From Eledone cirrhosa (lineage: Eukaryota): a stretch of 64,000 nt of DNA. Under the pieces are notes generated by a model. It saw only the letters and a list, made by a program, of their open reading frames with translations. It had not been told where the DNA came from and ran no database searches. This document shows, piece by piece, positions 55,521-64,000 of the stretch. The stretch covers positions 254,758,001 through 254,822,000 of the forward strand of contig OZ024743.1 in assembly GCA_964016885.1 (NCBI GenBank), written 5' to 3'. The first letter of the stretch is position 1, and every line of letters begins with the position of its first letter. Both the position numbers and the translations under genes were made by a program.

Positions 55521-55849
55521 CAGTCGACAATCTGTATATTGACAGAAACATTTTGGAGTCAACAGTGGAAGTAGCTTTCTAAGTCACCTAGAAAGTAGAA
55601 GCTATCAACCACGTCTATCGACCCTCTCAGATACTTGAAAAATGTTATATCACTGCCGCTCTTCCCCTCGATTACTCCAGTGCATCTCCTACATACAAAG
55701 TCTTTGTTTCCTGTTAGTCTACCCATTATGCCTTTCCATCTCTTGTGTACATTGTATGGAGTTTATGCCAACTCATTTTCTGTATATACACATCAAATAA
55801 AATAGTAATATTCCCAACTATATTTAATGGTACTCTTTCAGTTACGATG

Positions 55850-56130
55850 AAAAGTGTTCCAGTTGATAGGATCAACAGAATAGCCTGCTCATGAAATTAA
55901 TGTGCAAGTGGTTGAGTAATTTTACCGACATACGTTCCCTTAACATAGTTCTCAGGGAGATTCACCATGACACAAAATGTGTATTTCAGGTACAACCTAT
56001 ATTTGCCAACAGAGTGAACTGGAGCAACGTGGATTAAAATGTCTTCCTTGAGGAGATAACATGCAGTCAGGAATCGAACTCACGACCTTATGATTGTGAG
56101 ACAAACACTTTAACAACAAAGTCATGCGCA
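55850..56130 (-). mobile_element. tRNA-derived SINE (family B), near full length
   Basis: Minus strand has a degenerate A-box region, B-box GAGTTCGATTCC, then CACGTTGCTCCAGTTCACTC and a body ending AACTGGAACACT. Confidence 0.8.
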
Positions 56131-57000
56131 TGCACATTCCCAACGATAATTAACACTTCACATACACAAAAATATTGCTGCGTCTGACTTCCTCTCATTG
56201 AGGACTTTAATATTATTGAGGTTTGAAAAGTTTGTTTATATTAATATAGTACTCAGGTGAAATATTACTAGATGATAATTCAAAATGAGGAAACATAAGA
56301 TTGCATGGGAATGAATGTGACATCAGATTCTGAGAACAACTGAATTATCCTAACAGTGATGATGATTATTACAATAATTAGAATTATACTGTTGTTGATA
56401 ATTATGAAGATGGTGATGATTATGATGATATTGATTATGGTTGAGATATGTTGTATGAAGAATAGAGATTATGTAATGGTGATGGTATTGATGATGATAA
56501 TATGTTGTATAAATTCATAATCACATGTAACATATGTTTCACAAATGACCAGCTCAAAGTTTTAATTGGTTACAACCAGCTCGATTCTAAAATTAATTAG
56601 CTCATCAGACACAATGAAGATTATAATCAGAATATGTCTATCTATATTTGTATAAGTCATGAGACTTATAGTATTTAGCATTACTCATCAACTGGCAATA
56701 TATGTAAAAACACACATACACATTACCCTGTTACGTTCCAGCCAATAAAGAGAGAAAATGAAAATGTATCCAATAAAATATATATAGTAGTTAGCCTTAG
56801 GAAGGCCTATTAATGTATAGATTGTAGAAACCAAGTCAAACTGAAACACATGTAGACAAGACAAAATTCCACTGGCTCTTCTATGTGGATAGTAACTTAT
56901 GTACTTAATCTGTAATAGCCCATCCAAGCCATTTGAGTATGGAAAAATATAATAAAATGAGGATCATGTTGATTATGTATACACACATATATATATATAT

Positions 57001-57191
57001 AAGTTATTCTGGGTTGAATCGAAGGTAACCACAGTAAGTAAGGTACTCAATACATAGTAGAGTATAAATGTTTTAATATAGAAGAGCTTCTACAGGACTA
57101 GAACTGTTTCATTCGTGAGAAATCATCAGGAAGCTTCCTGATGATTTCTCACGAATGAAACAGTTCTAGTCCTGTAGAAGCTCTTCTATAT
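57001..57191 (-). mobile_element. Probable solo Penelope-type terminal repeat with an inverted partial copy (perfect 116-bp palindrome, 57076-57191)
   Basis: 58-bp arms with no spacer, centred on AAGCTT. Each arm carries CTGATGA...GAAAC...GTC. Flanked by (TA)n on both sides. The palindrome is certain; PLE origin is inferred. Confidence 0.6.
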
Positions 57192-58429
57192 ATATAGTAA
57201 TAATAATATATTTGAAGACTAATATCCAAAGAGGGCTCGATAAGGATAATAAATATATATATATAGAGAGAGAAAGAGAGAGATACATGTCTTCAAGTAT
57301 ATATTATTGCTAGAGAGATTTATGATGCAGTGCAGTTTCTACTTTTCAGCCAGTTTTTTAATTCTGGCTTTCTCAACTCTGAAAATTGTTTTGGCATACT
57401 ATGATGTTTGACCTAATGCATTGTCTGATATAACATTCCCCACTTCCCCTTGAGTGCCATTTGCAGAGTCTACTCCATTTCAAACATTAGGGCTACGTCT
57501 TCAGTCTGAGGACACCTTCACTCTCACTAGTATCAGAAGCTCTGAAAAGCACTGCCTTTTTCTCCTTGGAGGATCTGATATTGCCACTTGCTTAAGATAC
57601 TTCATGTTCAAGACTGGTACTACATTTAGAGGAACTAGGTAACCCTCTAAGATACAGGTCACAGAGAGTGTATTACTGAACCTTAAAAGATCACTTTTAT
57701 GAGTTTGTATAATTAGATATATATGATAGTTTCCTGTAATTAATAATTAAACATCTTTTCTGCATAGGAAAGGGTCAAATGGTAATATGATATGGCATGG
57801 GAGTCAGGTTGCCAAATTGTATGTTGGAATTATTTTATTTGGGAGAATGGGGCACGCATTTTATGGCTAACCTGGGGCACAAAATACAAAGACACCAGCC
57901 TAAATGCAGTGGAATTGAAACCAGGACATTATGATTGCAAACCAGACTTCTTAACCATTCAGCAATGCCTACATTTATTGTGCCATATTTGAAATAGAAT
58001 TATATATATAAATAATTATATAAAATATTAGGAATTAATATAAATAACCAAATTGTAAATTAGCGAGGAGGAGGAACATAGAAAAGAGGTTTCTAAGTAT
58101 GAATTTTATTTCTTATGATTCATAAATGGTACATTTTTATATAGCAGACAATGAAGAGACAATATAGAGAATGTTCCTTTTCCGATCTGACATCTCAATG
58201 TTGAAAATTGAAATAGATATGTGAGGAAATTGCGTTCTAATTTCACTAAATACACACTTTACAATTATACATTACTGCAATACTTTCTCTCCATTTCATT
58301 CCTTCACTCTCTAATTTACACTGCTTTCCTCTCCTCTTACATTTATGCATGTGTGTATGTGTTTCCGTTTGATGTACAAGTATGTGAGTGAATGGATATA
58401 AATATGTATGTATATATAATTATACATGC

Positions 58430-58462
<33 letters not shown>

Positions 58463-58539
58463 TGTAAATAAATAAATGCCAACATTTTGAGTGTTCTTTT
58501 AATCAGTGTTTAAATGTTTTGAATTTCACATAAGAGAGC

Positions 58540-58800
58540 AAATTGGCAGAATTGTTAGAACATTGGTTCTCTGTGCTCTGAGTTCAAATCCTGCCAAGGT
58601 CAACTTTGACTTTCGTCATTCCAAATTCGATAACTTACCAGGCATGGGCTTGGATTAATTATTCCTCTATCATTCTATTATTATGTCTCTCCATGGAATA
58701 AATTGGAACTGTTCAGGCCTGGAGAGAGATTGGGTTTGCCAGGTTGAAATGCACAAGATGTTCTGTATACTACAACAGTACCTCTATGATTCAATTGGGA
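58540..58800 (+). mobile_element. SINE related to family A, with the alternative tail
   Basis: TTGGCAGAATTGTTAG head and CTCTGAGTTCAAATCCTGCCAAGGTCAACTTTG; tail shared with 51124-51332. Confidence 0.7.
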
Positions 58801-59327
58801 GTAAAAAACCAATAGATGGATGGAATTTTACATAAAACATCACCATCAAACCACACACACACACACACACACGTATACACAGGCACAAAACAAATATAGA
58901 CTAACATGTATATATGGTCTACAATATATGGAACACAACACTACATCTTAGTTTTATTTAAACAAGAGCAATCCTCAAAAGGCCACAACAAGTATTTTCA
59001 AACAGTTATATAGATATATCAGGTTCAAGTCTCTAGTGAAGTCAAATCAGATTACTGACATCATTTTTTATTGTAACTAAGGAAAACCCATACATATATC
59101 ATCATCATCATTTGATTTCTCCTGTTAGTAAGTCTTGGACGCATTGTCTCAGACCAAAGCAGTACTTATCGGCACTAATGAATTCTCAGATCCATTGGAA
59201 ACTGCTTCTCATCTACATGCATTGCGAAATTCTACAAAGTACACTGGGTTCATTTTAACATGGTGCTAGTACTCCAGAGGTTGTCATGTCTATTACACAG
59301 CTGAAGCGTTCTCATGACATTTTGTTT

Positions 59328-59365
<38 letters not shown>

Positions 59366-59521
59366 CGTGTGTATACATGTTTGTATATGCGTGTGTGTGT
59401 GTGTGTGTATATGTGAGTGTCTGTGTATATATGTGTGTGTGTCTGTGTATATATATATGTGTGTCTGTGTATATATATATATGTGTGTGTGTGTGTATAT
59501 ATATGTGTATGTATATATATG
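59328..59521. repeat. Compound TA/TG microsatellite
   Basis: Directly visible. Confidence 0.98.
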
Positions 59522-59801
59522 TTAACTATAACACTGTGTAATCAAAGAAGGTTTTAGTTGGTGAGTTGAGGCAAGTACAAGGAGCAGATATTAACCTTAA
59601 ACAAAACAACTGCACATCTATATGTGTCATGATTGTATGAATATATATGTGTGTGTGTGTGTGTCTGTGGTGTGTCTGCGTTTAGTAAATTAAAAGAAAG
59701 ACTAGAAAACACAGATAAAATGGTGTAAAAAATATAATACACCAAAACAGTAAAGATCTAATGAAACGAATATAACTATGAATAGCCCTCTCCATCTTCC
59801 T

Positions 59802-59845
<44 letters not shown>

Positions 59846-59854
59846 CTGTCTTTC

Positions 59855-60022
59855 TCAGAGTACTTTTATAGATTTTTCAATGGTATCTATAAATTCTTCT
59901 CCTATGATTTGAAAAGATTCCTTTGCAAAGACCTCGTTTCCATTCCAGGTTGAAAATAACTCCTTTTGTGCTTCTAATGAGTTGGAAAAGTGGAACTTTT
60001 CGATACCATTCAGTGAAAGTAC
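59855..60022 (-). CDS. Candidate isolated coding exon (55 aa plus stop), product unknown
   Basis: Acceptor-like TGTTTTTCATAG, then the open frame VLSLNGIEKFHFSNSLEAQKELFSTWNGNEVFAKESFQIIGEEFIDTIEKSIKVL*. Complex sequence between two microsatellites; no other exon found. Confidence 0.3.
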   Translation of the reverse strand, partial: VLSLNGIEKFHFSNSLEAQKELFSTWNGNEVFAKESFQIIGEEFIDTIEKSIKVL

Positions 60023-60074
60023 CTATGAAAAACAGTTTGATTCTTGCAAGTCGTGATATATATATAATGTATAA

Positions 60075-60107
<33 letters not shown>

Positions 60108-60267
60108 TATATACTTATGGACAAACGAGATTGATGGTGAGTGTAACTAAGAGAATAGAGGAATAGCTAAATAGATCCTTCCATTTTCTTAAATCATCTC
60201 AGATTTTTTTGTTTGCTCCATATATTTTACTTTATTTTAGTCTCCCTTACTCTCCCTCTCAACAGAA

Positions 60268-60403
60268 TATATATATATATATATGTCTGTGTGTGTGTGT
60301 GTGTGTGTATGTGTGTATATATGTGTGTGTATATATGTGTGTATATATATAGGCGTGTGTATATATGTGTGTGTGTATATATATATATAGATGTGTGTAT
60401 ATA

Positions 60404-60458
<55 letters not shown>
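60268..60458. repeat. Compound TA/TG microsatellite (apparent Penelope insertion site)
   Basis: Directly visible; abuts the PLE terminal repeat. Confidence 0.97.
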
Positions 60459-60465
<7 letters not shown>

Positions 60466-63005
60466 AAAGGTAAACAGAAATAACAACACAATCGGTACAG
60501 TATATGGAAGGTATATATTAGGTTAACGTTTGATATAGCAGGAGGAGGGTCTTAACGTTTCGGACGCTAGTCCTTTATCAGAAGAAAGAATGAGAAATAA
60601 AATAGATTAAGGGGACGGGCGGGATGGAATTGGAAAAAATGTCTTTAGATAAAAATAATAGGTCCATTCATGTTGACATCTCTTACAAAACTGTTGGTGC
60701 TGGCGTTTTGTGTATGACTTGTTTTTTTTAGAAAAGTGGATGATGGCGCGCGTCTACCTGAAATGGAATGAAAAACGTTTTGTAAAAAGAGCTATACTTG
60801 AGCACGTGCGTAAGCATGAGTGTGTGTGTGTGTGTGTGTGTGTGTTATTATAGGTCCAAACGAAGCTAAGAAGAGATATGTGTGTATATGTAAGTAAAAG
60901 AGTGTGTGTGCATGTAAGTACGAAGCTATGAGCAAGAGAAAGCGATAGGAATCTAGGTGTGTGATAATGACGGGGTATTAGAGAAATTGGGGAGATGAGT
61001 TGAGTCCAAAATGGGAATAGGGCCCAAGACGATGAATGAGACTTTGTTCAGTCCTGGTGCGCGAAGGCTGTGATCCATGATGTAAAAGGACACCCAGGAC
61101 TGAAACATGTAGGGAAGAATGACCAGGAGAACAGAAATGACGGGCGACAGGAGTATCCAAACCAAGTCGTATGTCCCTCAAATGTTCGGCAAAATGGTCC
61201 GCCAGACGGCATCCCATTTGTCCGATATATAAAGACCTGCAAAGGGAACACCAGAGGGCATAGACAATGTGGGTGGATGTGCAGGTGAAGGAATGGCAGA
61301 TACGGAAAGACCCGTTAGGGCATGTAATAGTGGTGAGGGTGGAAATAAAGGGAAAGTGTTGCAGCGGGAACGGGAACAAGGATGAGAGCCGGGTGGAGTT
61401 GTGGGAGAGGACGAAAAAGAACTGCGAACCAGGAAGTCGCGGAGGTTTTGGGCGCGCTTAAAAGCAGTAATGGGTGGGTTTGGAAAAAAGCGAGAAATGA
61501 CGGGGTCAGAAGAGAGGATACGGAAGAGGATATGTCGCCGGAGTGGTCGGATGTTGGGGTGGTAGGTGAGAGGGAAAGGAACATGGGAATTGGGAGGGCG
61601 GGGGTGAGGTGAGAGGGCTGTGGTGCGGTTTGTTTCACGGGCGCGAGTGAGAGCAGCTTGGATAAAGGTGGGGGGTTATCCACGCTGGCTGAAGCAGGAA
61701 GCCATGCGAAGGAAATGGGTTTCGAGATCCTCGCCTTGGCTACAGAGTCGACGAAGACGGAGGAATTAGAAATAGGCTATGGGGTGTTTGATGTGGGTTG
61801 GATGGGAGGAGGAGAAGTTGAGATAAGATTGGGCGTCTGTTGGTTTAATGTAGATGGAAGTAGAGAGGGTGTGGTGAGGGTGATTAATAGATAGAGAGAT
61901 ATCTACAAAAGCCACAGAAGAATCGGAGACGTAGGCGGTGAAATTGAGAGCAAGATAGAAAGAAAGGACAAAAGAAAGCAAACAGTCGAGCTGTTCCCGT
62001 GATAGAGAGGTGGCGCCGATACAGTTGTCGATATAACGACCGTATAGCTCAGGAGTCGGTCCAGCATACTGGGAGAAGATCTGGGCTTCGACGTAGCCAA
62101 CAAACAAGTTGGCATAGTTAGGACCCATTCTGGTTCCCATCGCTACCCCAGAGACCTGTTGGTAAAATTCACCTGAAAAAGAAAATCCATTAAGAGTAAG
62201 AACAAGCGCAGCCAGACGGAGAAGAGTGGTAATGCTGGGGTAAGGGGTAGGGCGTAAAAGGAGCCATTTGAGGTAAAGGATGAATTGAATATGGGATTTC
62301 GCGAGGAAAGGGTGGCAAGTGGAGGAGAGATGGAGGTAGGCCTTGAGGAGGTCTCGGTCGAGAGAACGATTTGGGCGAGAGTTGATCGAATAGCCGCCCG
62401 CATGAGCTGGCGAGAGGAGCGAGTAAGGATCGGCTCAGTGGTGGGACAGAGTAAGAGGTGGAGTGAAACTTGAGGCGGAAACAGCGGGGAATGAGGTGGT
62501 GGTGGAGACAGCGACTTAACAATGTGTTGTGACTGTTGTATCTTGTTTTGGTGAAGATGAGGCTGGAGAGATGCAGAGAGGATTGGATACATATAGGGGG
62601 GAGAGGTTGGAGGAAGCGCTTGAGAGTAGAATGGAGCTGGCGGAGAGAAGATTTGAGATTGGGCATATTGAAGGTACTAGGGTGGGAGTGAAAAATAGAC
62701 GGCTGAGAAGAATGTGGTAGAGGAAAAGTGGTAGAGAGTCGTGGAATATTTACATGCAAGAAGCAAAGAAAATTTCAAAGATACGAAAGATTTCCTGGTG
62801 GAAGTTCAGGTGAACTCCGGGTTGGTATCCAGTTTCGAGGTGAAAGTCCAATCAGGAAATCCAACGAATTTTGAGAGGTCCACGTAAGCGTTGATATATA
62901 TATATGTATGCAAAAGGTAAACAGAAATAACAACACAATCAATACAGTATATGGAAGGTATATATTAGGTTAACGCTTGATATAGCAGGAAGAGGGTCTT
63001 AATGT
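60459..63005 (-). mobile_element. Penelope-like element with ~100-bp direct terminal repeats, partial RT and GIY-YIG endonuclease; internally deleted, non-autonomous
   Basis: N-terminus TRYNSHNTLLSRCLHHHLIPRCFRLKFH; RT GVAMGTRMGPNYANLFVG, YGRYIDNC, VAFVDI, YIKPTD, SSHP; GIY-YIG FTCTSTHIVYALWCSLCRSLYIGQMG...FAEHLRDIR. Direct repeats at ~60459-60558 and ~62906-63005. Confidence 0.95.
60550..60585 (-). ncRNA. Minimal (Penelope-type) hammerhead ribozyme motif with a G8-to-A core change
   Basis: Minus strand reads TCTT-CTGATAA-A-GGAC-TAGC-GTCC-GAA-ACGT-T-AAGA: stem I TCTT/AAGA, stem II GGAC/GTCC, palindromic ACGT stem III. It lies at the PLE 3' terminal repeat. Confidence 0.7.
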
Positions 63006-63057
63006 ATACATCTATATATATGTATATATGTGTATATATGTATGTATATATATATCT

Positions 63058-63600
63058 GTCGGGTTACTCTTGAGTGCTACTGGTAACATGTAACCCAGTA
63101 AAACCTGTCGCATGGTCGGGTCGGCAGTGACTAAACCGGCAACCCCACCAAGTTTACTTGGTTAGGAGGGAGGGTGATTTCGGACACCCTGCAGGACAAA
63201 AATCGAAACCTGACAAAGGGCGGAAGAACTCATAAGAGTCAACGGCCATCTGAAAGTGTGTAAATATGTATATATATACACACACACACCACACGGTTAA
63301 ACCACTGGGAGTGAAGGACCCCTAGCCTTTGTCAGGGCATTCTTCTAGAAGGAAACTCAGGAAACTGGGATAACTCCGACATAAAACCTGCGGCTCAGTA
63401 GTTACCGATGATGTTGATCTTTTCTTCTTTTCGGGTTATAGCTCCTGTCGCTCAGAGAGTGGGATTGGCTCAGTGCACAGCCTTTCCTCACTTTAAAAAA
63501 TATCTTCACGCACAGGCATTGCACGATAGAATTAATTAATAATTATTAATAATGGTATATCGTGCAATGGTAATACTCGATAACGAGGGGGCAGCCATCA
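63058..63600 (+). mobile_element. Structured GC-richer element between TA tracts, possibly an RTE-type 5' UTR or derived short element
   Basis: Sharp compositional boundaries. CTAGAAGGAAACTC...AAACC resembles RTE 5' UTR motifs as I recall them. Contains internal inverted repeats and no ORF. Confidence 0.4.
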
Positions 63601-63750
63601 TATATATGTAGCGAAACCTGTCCATGCCTTGAACCTTGGATGACACCTAAAGGTCAAACTCTAGGTCACCACCCTTTTCGGCTATCTCCTCAAGGTGTGA
63701 GACAGAAAGCGACAGGTATATAAAGCCTGTATCATCCCACGTTTATACAG

Positions 63751-63908
63751 ACAGATCGGAGCATTACGCTAGCAACAAACTATGTAAAGATTCACTGCTA
63801 CCTTCAGGCCCCAGAGGTCTACAGAAATACAGAGAGATCGGAGCACTACGATACAGTCCAACTATGTGAAAGATTCACCGCTATCTACAGGCCACAGTGG
63901 TCTATAGT
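63751..63908. repeat. Two diverged ~82-bp tandem units
   Basis: AGATCGGAGCA-TACG...AACTATGT-AAAGATTCAC-GCTA...CAGGCC-CAG-GGTCTA-AG occurs twice. Confidence 0.85.
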
Positions 63909-64000
63909 CAACTACAGACCAGTATCTCTCTCTTTCTCTCTAAATCAGCTTCATGAACCAACAACAAAAATAACATTATCAACCTTTGCAACATGTGGTA

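Noticed and set aside
56055-56130. tRNA gene (also the similar head at ~57910-57970)
   Set aside because: A B-box is present but there is no complete cloverleaf, and the sequence continues into a SINE body.
57300-57660. Complex sequence that might be an exon or transposase remnant
   Set aside because: The frames I read contain stops or lack any recognisable motif.

Overview
Eukaryotic, repeat-dominated, gene-poor window. The mix of AT/AC/CT microsatellites, (GAT)n-tailed RTE LINEs, Deu/Nin-type SINEs and Penelope elements suggests a cephalopod (Octopus-like) genome; this is an inference. Bases 1-35230 are one G/T-rich tandem array with unit AGTGTTTGTTGTAATGGTGATCAT(GGT)n, n about 3-10. It is organised at three scales (3 bp, ~42 bp, ~7.4 kb) and is split near its right end by a 5'-truncated RTE LINE (32949-34466, minus). 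The giant ORFs in this half are probably a by-product of the triplet structure. The remaining 29 kb holds decayed non-LTR retrotransposons (RTE, R4/Dong-like, Tx1/L1-like, Ingi/Vingi-like), two Penelope-like elements (RT + GIY-YIG), several tRNA-derived SINEs and microsatellites. Highlights: a minimal hammerhead ribozyme motif in a Penelope terminal repeat whose partner repeat stops at the predicted cleavage site; a perfect 116-bp palindrome with a hammerhead-like core on both strands; a PHD-finger-like module inside the RTE ORF; and one candidate host exon (59855-60022, minus). No intact host gene, rRNA, tRNA gene or CRISPR array is supported. Element boundaries were read by eye and are approximate unless stated.
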